This document shows positions 53,842-64,000 of a DNA stretch of 64,000 nucleotides, piece by piece; the stretch's first letter is position 1; each line of letters starts with the position of its first letter. The stretch lies in assembly GCA_001805965.1 (NCBI GenBank), contig MHHG01000053.1:1512-65511 (forward strand). The letters run 5' to 3'. Source of the DNA: Omnitrophica WOR_2 bacterium RIFOXYA2_FULL_38_17 (lineage in GTDB: Bacteria; Omnitrophota; Gorgyraeia; Zapsychrales; Zapsychraceae). Under the pieces are notes generated by a model. It was not told where the DNA came from. It did no database searches and saw only the letters and a program-made list of their open reading frames with translations. Made by a program: the position numbers and the translations under genes.

Positions 53842-56100
53842 CTACTCTGCTGCTGAATTCTCGATAAACTTCTTAATAGATGCACGGTCAGCACTTGATA
53901 GATCAAGATAATAATTTACCATTGTATAAATATTTTCCATGCTATCTTCTTCTACCCTGCAAACCTTTGCTAAACACTCGATAGCTTTTTGGCTATGATC
54001 GATATATATCTTTAACTCTATGATCGACCCTATTTGAATTCTTTCTTTTGAAATAAATCTTAATCCCCCGGCGCTAATATCTTCAGTAACTGTTGTATAT
54101 TCCACTCCGCTTGGTACCAAAAAGTTCGGATCAGTTGCATCGATCTTTAGCGGGCAATATCTGATTTCAACATGTTCGAACACCCTGGGAAAAACCCTGG
54201 CATCATATAAATTCTTCACTTCCCACGTGCTCTGCCTTTTTATTTTATCACTGCGTGTAACGCGCCTTACTGCCCCTAATCCTTCCGTTTTTGCATATGA
54301 CATCTGCTCAGTTTCAAAGGCCCTCGCGCCTAAATGCTTTCTGTCGCGCTCCTTTCTTATTGCCATAAGATCCTTTTCCTCATCCTTTACAGTAACATTC
54401 ATAATTTCGCTGGGAGTTGTTTGACCTTCAAGGACTACTTTCCAGCCATTCTGCCTAAGAGATACCATGCCTTCCTGCATAGCTATCCTCTTTATATAAT
54501 CTGCTCTTGGATGGTCTAACACTGCTGACCTTATAGCATCATTAACCCTTAGTATCTCATAAATAGCCATTCTCCCGAAATATCCTGTGTGATTACAGTA
54601 ATCGCATCCCTCGCCCTTAAAGATCTTTATATCTTTTTGCTGCTCTTCTGTGAGGAATAAAGATGTCACAATTTCTTTCTTAATTCCCTCAGGAACATCA
54701 ACAACTTCTTTTTTACATTTCGGACAATTAACCCGCACCAGCCTTTGTGCAACAAAAGCTTCAACGCTTGAAGATACTAAATATGGCTCGATCCCCATAT
54801 CTATTAGCCTTGTTATGCCACTTGCCGAATCATTGGTATGTAAAGTTGAAAAGACCATATGCCCCGTCAGAGCTGTTCTTATTGCAATTTCTGCAGTCTC
54901 CACATCCCTTACCTCTCCGACCATAATAATATCCGGGTCATGCCTTAAGATACTCCTTAAACCATTAGAAAAATTGAAATCAACTTTTGAATTGACCTGG
55001 ACCTGGGTTATTCCTTCCATTTCATACTCAACAGGGTCTTCAATAGTGATTATCTTTCTCTCCGGAGAATTTATTTCATTTAAGCATGCATAAAGAGTAG
55101 TGGTCTTGCCGCTTCCCGTAGGGCCGGTAAGAAAGACTATCCCATATGGATTCTTTATAATTTCCCTGAATTTCTCGACGGTATCCTGGTTGAACCCCAG
55201 CTTCTCAAGCGAAAAAAGCATGACCTTTGTAGGAAGTATTCTAATAACCATACTCTCGCCCATAGGCGTTGGCATTGTAGAGATCCTTAAATCAAGCTTT
55301 TGCTCCCTAGTTTTAACAACCGTGCTCCCATCTTGAGGAAGACGCTTTTCGGTAATACTTAAATTAGCAAGTATCTTTATCCTGGATAATATCTGCGTAA
55401 GAAAATGCTTTAGCTTATCTGAAACATTTGCATCTACTAGAACCCCATCAATTCTATATCTGAACCTAACTTTATCCCTGTATGGCTCAATATGAATATC
55501 CGTTGCGCGCTTCTTAAAGGCCTCAAGTATTATTTGGTTTACAAGATTTGATACCGTCGGGTCCTGCGTCTCCCTTTCAATATCCTCGATCCATTGAACA
55601 TCAGTTGCAGATACAGACGCCTTTCTGACAGGATCTTTTGAAATGATCTTATCTATCGTGTCAGATGTAAAGCCATAATACTTTTTTAATGCCTCATTAA
55701 TTTCACTTTCAAGTGCAAGACAAAAATTAACATTAACGCCCAAATTCATCCTGATCTCATCATTAAGTATTACATCGATAGGTTTTGCAGAGGCAACCGT
55801 TATAACATTATCCTCAAACTTAACAGGCATAATTTTATAATACCAGGCAAATTTAACAGGAACCTTGTCAATAACACCTTGCTCTACATGAATATTACCT
55901 AGTTCAACAGATTCTATATTTAGCCCTCTAGAAAGTGAAACCAGGATCTGCCTTTCTGTAACGATATGATTGGAAAGAAGGTATTCTTTTAAAGACAACC
56001 CTTCATCTTTAGCTATTCTAGAATGATCTTTGATTTCTTCATTGGAAAGGACATTATTACTTGCTAAATTTTCCTGCAGTATTTTATCAAATTGCTTCAT
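53842..56100 (-). CDS. gspE: T2SS/T4P assembly ATPase GspE with a C-terminal PilZ domain
   Basis: N1E domain, Walker A GPTGSGKTT, tetra-Cys region CPKCKK...CDYC. C-terminal RVFPR (RxxxR) ... EDISAGGLRF (DxSxxG) PilZ signature. Confidence 0.85.
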   Translation of the reverse strand: MKQFDKILQENLASNNVLSNEEIKDHSRIAKDEGLSLKEYLLSNHIVTERQILVSLSRGLNIESVELGNIHVEQGVIDKVPVKFAWYYKIMPVKFEDNVITVASAKPIDVILNDEIRMNLGVNVNFCLALESEINEALKKYYGFTSDTIDKIISKDPVRKASVSATDVQWIEDIERETQDPTVSNLVNQIILEAFKKRATDIHIEPYRDKVRFRYRIDGVLVDANVSDKLKHFLTQILSRIKILANLSITEKRLPQDGSTVVKTREQKLDLRISTMPTPMGESMVIRILPTKVMLFSLEKLGFNQDTVEKFREIIKNPYGIVFLTGPTGSGKTTTLYACLNEINSPERKIITIEDPVEYEMEGITQVQVNSKVDFNFSNGLRSILRHDPDIIMVGEVRDVETAEIAIRTALTGHMVFSTLHTNDSASGITRLIDMGIEPYLVSSSVEAFVAQRLVRVNCPKCKKEVVDVPEGIKKEIVTSLFLTEEQQKDIKIFKGEGCDYCNHTGYFGRMAIYEILRVNDAIRSAVLDHPRADYIKRIAMQEGMVSLRQNGWKVVLEGQTTPSEIMNVTVKDEEKDLMAIRKERDRKHLGARAFETEQMSYAKTEGLGAVRRVTRSDKIKRQSTWEVKNLYDARVFPRVFEHVEIRYCPLKIDATDPNFLVPSGVEYTTVTEDISAGGLRFISKERIQIGSIIELKIYIDHSQKAIECLAKVCRVEEDSMENIYTMVNYYLDLSSADRASIKKFIENSAAE

Positions 56101-56102
56101 GT

Positions 56103-57674
<1,572 letters not shown>

Positions 57675-58526
57675 CTATTTCATAGTCATCATTCTTGCAG
57701 AAAATGTTTCACGAAGACTTTTATCAATATCACCTTTTTTTGCCTTAATATATTTCATGCCGACTTTTGTTCTTTCCTTCTTCATTTTGTCGACACTATC
57801 CTCAAGGAAGCTTGATTGTGCAGAAGCTGAAGCAATGATCGTATCAATAAAGATCTCATATAATCTTGTAGATACCCATAGATTTGTCAGGATCCCGATC
57901 ACCTGCATTGGATCAGACTCTTCAATAACCTCATCAAAAATATCCACAAATTCATGCTGCTTTTTTAACAAGTCAACACATGGCAACAGCTGAACTACTT
58001 TCCTTAATTGTGTGTCAAATGATTTTGGCCATGCGTAAACGACTAAAACCTTGCCAAGCCTGTCATTCATGATCTCGTCAACAAGATAATCCTTGACCAT
58101 AATAACCGTCTCATAAATACCTATAGCCTCCATATTATTAAAGGCTCTAATGTTCTGATCAATCTCTCTAAAACGAGCTTCCGCCTTGTTTCCAACTGCA
58201 ATTAATTTTACATCTTCATATTTTTCTTTTTCTTCAATAGCTGTTCTAAGTATCTTGTTATTAAATTCACCTAAAAAACTACCTTCTATGGTTACGGCTA
58301 ATATTCCGACTTTCTTGTTATCATTTTCGATCATAGGATGCTTTTTCTCAGTTAAACTTATCATCCTAAAGAACTCAACAAAAGTCTGTCCAAACCTTCT
58401 GAATTTATTTTTCTCGTTCATCAAAGTAAAGAGCTTGTTGTCAGCAATATCCTTCAACGTTTGAACAAGTTCAACCATTTCCTTTACATCTAACAATTCC
58501 CCTTTTACTTTACTTGCTTTACCCAT
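57675..58526 (-). CDS. atpG: F-type ATPase gamma subunit (divergent)
   Basis: 283 aa, with N- and C-terminal helices resembling gamma. Position between the b-delta fusion and beta. Confidence 0.65.
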   Translation of the reverse strand: MGKASKVKGELLDVKEMVELVQTLKDIADNKLFTLMNEKNKFRRFGQTFVEFFRMISLTEKKHPMIENDNKKVGILAVTIEGSFLGEFNNKILRTAIEEKEKYEDVKLIAVGNKAEARFREIDQNIRAFNNMEAIGIYETVIMVKDYLVDEIMNDRLGKVLVVYAWPKSFDTQLRKVVQLLPCVDLLKKQHEFVDIFDEVIEESDPMQVIGILTNLWVSTRLYEIFIDTIIASASAQSSFLEDSVDKMKKERTKVGMKYIKAKKGDIDKSLRETFSARMMTMK

Positions 58527-58563
58527 TTACAATTACCTTATATTCTTTAACACAATATCATAG

Positions 58564-59304
58564 TTAAAAATCAGAGGCAGCTTGTTTTTGTAGGGCTAAA
58601 CCCTTCTCTAGTATTGACTTCTTTATGCTTCCATCTAAAGCCATACTACCAAATTTTAAAAGAACTCCTCCGCCAATTTTTTCATCTGTGACAAAATTAA
58701 TATCTATCTTTCTGTTCATTTTCTTTAAAATGACCGCAGTTAACTTTTCTTTTACTTTAGCCTCAATTTGAGAAACTGCAACAACATCAACACTTTTTAT
58801 TTTATCATCGATCCTGCTCATATCCGTCTCTTCAAGATTAGATAAGAACTCATTTATTAAAACTTCGCTTAAAGCCCCTTTTGCCTTTTCACTCAATATT
58901 TTATTAAGTATTTCCATACTAAAATTTATCAGCTTAACATCAAACTCAGCCTGAATTTCTTGACGTATCTTATCTTTTGCATTCTGAGCTTTAGTGATAA
59001 TTTCCTCACCTTCTTCTCTTGCTTTTGAAACGGTCTTGTCCCTTTCAGCTTTCATTTCTTCTTCTGCCTCTTGGCGCAATTTATCGGTCAACTCCTTAAC
59101 CTCGATTTTCCTTTTCTCAAGCTGTTCATCCGCGTCTTTGATTTTCCTGCTTAATTCCGCCTGTTTTGCATTAGCCTTACTGATCTCATCATTAAGACTG
59201 TCAATCGCTTTCTGCTTACTCATATCAAAGGATCTTTTAACAAAAAACAATATGGCCCCTAAAAGCAACCCTACTAAAATAAAAAATTTTAAAATCAATT
59301 CCAT
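58564..59304 (-). CDS. atpF: F-type ATPase b subunit fused to the C-terminal domain of delta (OSCP)
   Basis: N-terminal TM, a 150-aa charged helix, and a C-terminus ...VTDEKIGGGVLLKFGSMALDGSIKKSILEKGL that matches the delta C-terminal consensus. Confidence 0.65.
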   Translation of the reverse strand: MELILKFFILVGLLLGAILFFVKRSFDMSKQKAIDSLNDEISKANAKQAELSRKIKDADEQLEKRKIEVKELTDKLRQEAEEEMKAERDKTVSKAREEGEEIITKAQNAKDKIRQEIQAEFDVKLINFSMEILNKILSEKAKGALSEVLINEFLSNLEETDMSRIDDKIKSVDVVAVSQIEAKVKEKLTAVILKKMNRKIDINFVTDEKIGGGVLLKFGSMALDGSIKKSILEKGLALQKQAASDF

Positions 59305-59374
59305 ATTAATTAACTCCTTTTATAAAGCATTTTTAATACCAGTCAGAAAAAAGTCTTATATAAAGTACTATTTT

Positions 59375-59608
59375 TTAATGATGAAAAACATTATAAAACA
59401 TGATCAAAAGAACAAAAGTTATGATTTCTGTAACGATCAACTTCCATACAATACTCATTTGTATCGCAGGCGTTTTTGTTGGATATCTGCCCAGGTCACC
59501 TATCATCTTATTTCCCAGCAGGGCAACTATTATACAAGGAACAATGATTATAACTGCATAAACACATGCAAATACAAATGCCTCTCTCCATAAATCAAAT
59601 TCAACCAT
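59375..59608 (-). CDS. Divergent second c-type (proteolipid-like) hairpin subunit
   Basis: 2 TM segments, a loop GRYP (compare RQP), and the conserved carboxylate E exactly 20 residues after the loop Arg, as in c subunits. Lacks a Gly-rich helix 1. Confidence 0.45.
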   Translation of the reverse strand: MVEFDLWREAFVFACVYAVIIIVPCIIVALLGNKMIGDLGRYPTKTPAIQMSIVWKLIVTEIITFVLLIMFYNVFHH

Positions 59609-59630
59609 TATTAATAATCCTTAAAATAAT

Positions 59631-59849
59631 CTATTTCCCAAAAAGCTGAAATATGACCAAAATAGCAACTATAGATATACCCTCAACAAAAATAAGCATA
59701 ACCACCATACCCATAAATATTTTAGAAGCCGCCGAAGGATTTCTTGCTAATGCCTTTACAACTGCCCTGCCAAGGACAGCAATAACAATAGCCGGCCCTA
59801 AAACAGCAACTAACATGATACCGACTATAATGAATGTCTCTGCTATCAT
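59631..59849 (-). CDS. atpE: F-type ATPase c subunit (H+-type: E with no S/T partner)
   Basis: 72-aa hairpin with ARNP loop and E 20 residues after the loop Arg. Confidence 0.8.
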   Translation of the reverse strand: MIAETFIIVGIMLVAVLGPAIVIAVLGRAVVKALARNPSAASKIFMGMVVMLIFVEGISIVAILVIFQLFGK

Positions 59850-59871
59850 AAATTTATCCTATTTGTAATAT

Positions 59872-60159
59872 TTAAAATTCATCTTCCTGATCAACGATCT
59901 TCTTTTTTATCTGCTCTTCAACCATAATTGTGCACTCATTCGCAAAAAACCTGACAACTCCTCCATTTATTGGGATCCTTTCGTTCATATCAATAACAAC
60001 ATCACCTTTAACTAAAACACCTAACAAAGGATAATGATATGCTAAAAGCTCATACTCTCCTGTATCACCTGTGAGAAATACTGACTCAGCCTCCTTTTCA
60101 TATATCAATCTATATGGGCTTATAATAATGCATTTAAATTTTTGCGAAAATTGTACCAT
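59872..60159 (-). CDS. atpC: F-type ATPase epsilon subunit, beta-sandwich domain only (no C-terminal helical hairpin)
   Basis: ...FLTGDTGEYELLAYHYPLLGVLVKGDVVI...IPINGGVVRF.ANECTIMVE matches the epsilon N-terminal domain, 95 aa. Confidence 0.75.
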   Translation of the reverse strand: MVQFSQKFKCIIISPYRLIYEKEAESVFLTGDTGEYELLAYHYPLLGVLVKGDVVIDMNERIPINGGVVRFFANECTIMVEEQIKKKIVDQEDEF

Positions 60160-60164
60160 ATTAA

Positions 60165-61712
60165 TTACTCATTCTTGGATGTTGCTTCTTCCAGGATATC
60201 CCTGCCTATATTTGACAGGATATCGGTATCCTCTTCATCTTCAATTTCTGGCCTTATCCCAGATGTCTTATTGAGATATGCCTCTATAATTTCATTAAAG
60301 GCATTTTCTATTTCCTCATCCATTTTTTTCCTTGCACGTAATTTTGTGATAATCTCAGGATTAAGGTCTTTTGCAAATTCTAAAATATTAAGCTGAAACT
60401 GATTAACAGCTTCTAAAGTTGGCAATTTATGCAAATACTTTTTATTAAATGCATATAATATGAGCACTAAAGATTCCATCGCCACCGGGCTGTCTTTATC
60501 CTGCCTTAATACACATCTCAATATCTCTCCGCTCCTAAGCTGCTCTAAAACCTCGTCTGATTGAGAACCTGACCTTAACTTAGACAGTCTTTCTAACTCC
60601 CTAAACTGCAAAAATTCAAGTCGCAAAGGCCCGCTCAACTGTTTAATAATAGGCCACTGTACCTTAGTACCGACACGTGAAACAGAAAGCCCCAGATCCA
60701 GCGCAGGTTTTTGACCTTCACCAAAGAGGGCAGCATCAAGCATTATCTGCCCATCGGTCATAGAAACAAGATTAGACGGAACAAAAGCAGTCAAGTCTCC
60801 CTCAAGAATCTCAACAATAGGCAGGAATGTCATCGAGCCTTGACCATGATCTTCATCCAAGTAACATGCGCGTTCGATCATCTTGGAATGCAGATAAAAA
60901 ATATCGCCAGGATAAGAATCTCTACCTGGTGCCCTTCCTAATAATAGAGAGATCTCCCTATAACACCAGGCATGCTTGGTAAAATCATCAAATCCAATAA
61001 ACACATGTTTGCCTCTATGCATAAAATATTCACCGATCGAACAAGCAACATAAGGCGACAAATACTGCTGCCCTGGAGGGCTTGATGAAGGCGCCGCAAC
61101 GATAATAGTATAATCAAATGCATCATAATCCTGAAAAAGCTGAACAACTCTTGCAAGCTGCGACCTTGCTTTGCCTGTTGCAACATAAATACATATGACC
61201 CCGGTATCCTTCTGATTCAAGATCGTATCAGTAATAAATGTTGTCTTTCCAGTCATCTTGTTACCAAGGATCAACTGTCTTTGCCCCAAGCCAATAGGTA
61301 TCATTGAATCAAGGACCTTGGTGCCGGTTTCAAGCGTAAGACATAATGGAAGTCTTTCAAGAATAGCAGGAGCAGCCGGAAAAATTGGATAGTATGCATC
61401 TTCCTTTATCGGGCCTAATCCGTCAAACGGCTCACATAATGAAGTAACAATACGTCCTATAAAATTCTTTCCAACAGGCACCCTAAAAGGCTCTAGCGAT
61501 GCCCTTGCTTCATCACCCGTTCTGATCTTAGATGCTTCTTTTAATATCAAAACGTTTGCTTCCTGCTCATTAAAGCCTAAGATCATACCAATGGAACCAT
61601 AACCAAAATTGATCAGCTGCCCATTAATACAATGATTTAGCCCGACGACATTGATAATACAGCCACGGATACTTTTTACATAACCAACTTCTGTATATTG
61701 TAATTCTGCCAC
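60165..61712 (-). CDS. atpA: F-type ATPase alpha subunit
   Basis: GNKMTGKTTFITDTILNQK P-loop and ...YREISLLLGRAPGRDSYPGDIFYLHSKMIERA... Confidence 0.9.
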   Translation of the reverse strand: MAELQYTEVGYVKSIRGCIINVVGLNHCINGQLINFGYGSIGMILGFNEQEANVLILKEASKIRTGDEARASLEPFRVPVGKNFIGRIVTSLCEPFDGLGPIKEDAYYPIFPAAPAILERLPLCLTLETGTKVLDSMIPIGLGQRQLILGNKMTGKTTFITDTILNQKDTGVICIYVATGKARSQLARVVQLFQDYDAFDYTIIVAAPSSSPPGQQYLSPYVACSIGEYFMHRGKHVFIGFDDFTKHAWCYREISLLLGRAPGRDSYPGDIFYLHSKMIERACYLDEDHGQGSMTFLPIVEILEGDLTAFVPSNLVSMTDGQIMLDAALFGEGQKPALDLGLSVSRVGTKVQWPIIKQLSGPLRLEFLQFRELERLSKLRSGSQSDEVLEQLRSGEILRCVLRQDKDSPVAMESLVLILYAFNKKYLHKLPTLEAVNQFQLNILEFAKDLNPEIITKLRARKKMDEEIENAFNEIIEAYLNKTSGIRPEIEDEEDTDILSNIGRDILEEATSKNE

Positions 61713-61781
61713 GCTATCTTTCCTCCTAAAATAATAATCAAATTACACAACAGCATTTCAACACAATCCACGATACTATCT

Positions 61782-63098
61782 TTATTCTTGTTCCTCGCTC
61801 TCTTTCTCTTCTTCCTCCTCTTTACGCTTATCTCTCGAACGTTTTGCCCAGATAGAAAAATGAATAATTGTAATAATGGCAACAACAATGACGATCCCAG
61901 TAATTATGTGCCATGATGTGTCATATGTAGGTTTCTTAAATAAATTTTTTGCAAGTTCTGCAATATTTGCTAAAGATTTTATCTGCATTAGAACATTCTT
62001 CAGTTTACTTCTTTCAAGCTCTTCTCTGATCGCCGTTAAAAGATCTTCTAATGACTCAACATCACCCTTTGCCAACTCATAAAGTTTAGAATTGGCTTCA
62101 AAATCACTGATATGCTTATTTATATCTTTATCTTGGCTCTGCGATGCTTCGATAGATTCCAAATTGTTCTTAATAGCTTTAACCAGATATTGTGCACTAT
62201 CAATATATTTAGACTTCTCTAAAAGCTTATAAGTTTTTCTGGTTCGTTCCCTTAAATTTTCAATATCTGTGTTCTTTATATTCCAGATATCAAGTATTTC
62301 AATATTAAAACGTTTTTTCTCGCTAGGCTGGAACTCATCTTCTCTTACAATATAAGTCTGGCCTTTAACTGCATCATAATGAACTTCAAAACCTTCTGCT
62401 TCAATAACATGTTCAGGCCTTACATCAGTTGGCAAATAATGTTCATGCTCTTGTTTTGTAACATCAGTATCAGATTTATTTTGCGTCTCAACAACAAACC
62501 TTACTGTGCCAGTAGTTTCATCGGCCAGATCACTTCTCCAGTAAGTAACAGAAAGCGCTTCTTTCCTTATCTCATTAAGTTCTCGTTCATAAACCTTAAA
62601 ACTTTCAATCCTTCTTTTAACATCATTTTCATATCGTGCCTGCTGTGCTAAAACGCTTTCAACTCTTTTATGCAGGCTTTCTTTTTTTCTCAATCCTGAA
62701 TCATAATATTCGGTATCCTTCAAGTTCTCATAATTCTTATCAATTTGTGCTACTACATCAGCAACAACTTCTTCTTTGACCTTCCAAATGTCCCTTATTA
62801 CGACCTTGTAAGTCTTAGTTTCTTTCGGATTGAGAGTTACGTCACCATAAACAAAATAAGCGCCTTCTGCAATATCATAATCTATTTTTAGGCCAGCAGG
62901 ATCAACAATATCTTCGACTGAAACACCAAGCGGCAAAACAAACTTTATATTTTTATCTTTTGTTGATTCAGTACCATTAACAGCCAGTATGTTAATCGTA
63001 ACATCACTATAAACATGGCCAGCTATTCCAAAGATCATAATAAAGCTGGCCAAGAAGCTTAACACCTTCTGTCGATATCTACTTCTAATTTGGCTCAT
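61782..63098 (-). CDS. Hypothetical bitopic protein: signal/anchor, internally duplicated beta-rich plus coiled-coil domain, C-terminal TM and acidic tail
   Basis: Two repeats (...YDIAEGAYFVYGDVTLNPKETKTYKVVIRDIWKV / ...YDAVKGQTYIVREDEFQPSEKKRFNIEILDIWNIK). TM WHIITGIVIVVAIITIIHFSIW then KRKEEEEEKESEEQE. Confidence 0.5.
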   Translation of the reverse strand: MSQIRSRYRQKVLSFLASFIMIFGIAGHVYSDVTINILAVNGTESTKDKNIKFVLPLGVSVEDIVDPAGLKIDYDIAEGAYFVYGDVTLNPKETKTYKVVIRDIWKVKEEVVADVVAQIDKNYENLKDTEYYDSGLRKKESLHKRVESVLAQQARYENDVKRRIESFKVYERELNEIRKEALSVTYWRSDLADETTGTVRFVVETQNKSDTDVTKQEHEHYLPTDVRPEHVIEAEGFEVHYDAVKGQTYIVREDEFQPSEKKRFNIEILDIWNIKNTDIENLRERTRKTYKLLEKSKYIDSAQYLVKAIKNNLESIEASQSQDKDINKHISDFEANSKLYELAKGDVESLEDLLTAIREELERSKLKNVLMQIKSLANIAELAKNLFKKPTYDTSWHIITGIVIVVAIITIIHFSIWAKRSRDKRKEEEEEKESEEQE

Positions 63099-63100
63099 GT

Positions 63101-64000
63101 TTAATCACTTTCAAACCAGGTCTTAACAACTATGTCGTCAGCATCGACAGACTCCTTAATAGCCAATAGGACTGCATTCATTTCATTTAGCTTTTCTTTA
63201 ATAGTGTCGAGATCTGTTATCTCTGTCTCATTTAGAGTCTTGATCTCTAGCTCAAGGCCATAAATATCTGCACTTTGATTTACAAGTCCTGCTAACATAT
63301 CTATCATCTCGACAGCATAAGCCTCAGAATCACCTGTTGATGAAGACAGATCTGCTGTAGCCGCCCTAATATCTTCAACCATAGAGCTCAACTCCAAGAC
63401 CTTATCATACATCGGCGCCTTGCCATTGATCCCAAGATCATCCCTCATCGAAGTTACTATACCTAGAGCAGCATCCGCACTTTGTTTTCCGGTATTAGCG
63501 TTATCCTGAATATCATTTAGCTTCCCATACATAGTTGTATCTGTCGTTGCATCTGCTGCTGTGCCGATAAGATCAAGAGTCTCTTTGAGGTCTCCAAAGA
63601 CTGTAGACTGAGCAGATGTATCCGTCGGAGTTCCCAATCTTGTTATGATAGTATCAATATCCGTTCCTATTGTATCTAGGTCTGTCGTTCCTGACATTGA
63701 AGCAACAGCTTGGTCTATAACATAAAGTTTTCCAAATAATGTTGCATCTACATCTGTATCTGTTGACTCTCCGATCAAAGTATCTAAGGTTGCAACAGCT
63801 GTTACAATTGATGAAACATTCGTAATTAAAGTACCTGCATTGTCAGATAAGAATGCAATACCCTCCCAGTTAATGCCTGCATCTGACATATTCTTAAAAT
63901 CTAGCCAGTTAATACCGCCACCTGTCATTGAACCCATTCCATCCCAGTTAATGCCTGCCAATGTCATATCAGCCAAAGCATCCCAATTAATATTCTGACC
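63101..64000 (-). CDS. Hypothetical protein with N-terminal INW 12-13-aa tandem repeats. Partial: the N-terminus lies beyond the window end.
   Basis: The ORF stays open to the window edge (...GQNINWDALADMTLAGINWDGMGSMTGGGINWLDFKNMSDAGINWEGIAF...). The track's M at 63976 is a TTG codon. Confidence 0.45.
   Translation of the reverse strand, partial: GQNINWDALADMTLAGINWDGMGSMTGGGINWLDFKNMSDAGINWEGIAFLSDNAGTLITNVSSIVTAVATLDTLIGESTDTDVDATLFGKLYVIDQAVASMSGTTDLDTIGTDIDTIITRLGTPTDTSAQSTVFGDLKETLDLIGTAADATTDTTMYGKLNDIQDNANTGKQSADAALGIVTSMRDDLGINGKAPMYDKVLELSSMVEDIRAATADLSSSTGDSEAYAVEMIDMLAGLVNQSADIYGLELEIKTLNETEITDLDTIKEKLNEMNAVLLAIKESVDADDIVVKTWFESD

Noticed and set aside
58994-59593. 199-aa plus-strand ORF, Ser/Leu-rich
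   Set aside because: Antisense to the b-delta fusion gene, low complexity, no motifs. Classic shadow ORF.

Overview
The window is almost entirely coding, with most genes on the minus strand. AT content is high, about 35-38% GC over most of the window, and rises to roughly 43-48% over the cusBA genes at the left edge. The content looks like an uncultivated anaerobic diderm bacterium. I could not assign a lineage.

Gene blocks from left to right:
- 1-7.3 kb: a CsoR-regulated copper/silver efflux locus of CusCBA type. The 965-codon CusA gene runs off the window edge and is missing from the ORF track because it has no stop codon in the window.
- 7.3-13.1 kb: a radical-SAM (ArsS-like) neighbourhood with DUF2064 and GT2 transferases, DedA, a pyridine-nucleotide-disulfide oxidoreductase (PNDOR), a Rieske lipoprotein and an AhpD-like protein.
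- 13.3-17.7 kb: a sulfur amino-acid operon (Rrf2-metY-cysK), then a glutamine amidotransferase and a ferredoxin-like protein.
- 18.6-24.2 kb: pfk, pgl, tal, split transketolase, and one tRNA-Lys(CTT).
- 24.8-46.8 kb: envelope and glycosylation genes (three GT-C-like membrane proteins including a divergent STT3/AglB-like oligosaccharyltransferase, a TMTC-like TPR protein, NupC, CrcB, Pcm, EamA, YlaK), plus a 1535-aa signal-peptide protein with two GHKL ATPase modules, a response regulator, a sensor kinase and a trypsin-like protease.

The most striking region is 46.8-64 kb. It is one co-directional block with small gaps. It holds a T2SS core (GspE with a C-terminal PilZ domain, then F, an HExxH protein, G, H/I, J, K, L, M) directly abutted by a non-canonical F-type ATPase gene set in the order alpha, epsilon, c, c', b-delta, gamma, beta. 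No a-subunit gene lies between or beside these genes in the window. Two unknown proteins precede alpha. The beta stop codon lies 2 nt from the gspE start codon.

I saw no transposase, integrase or CRISPR array.
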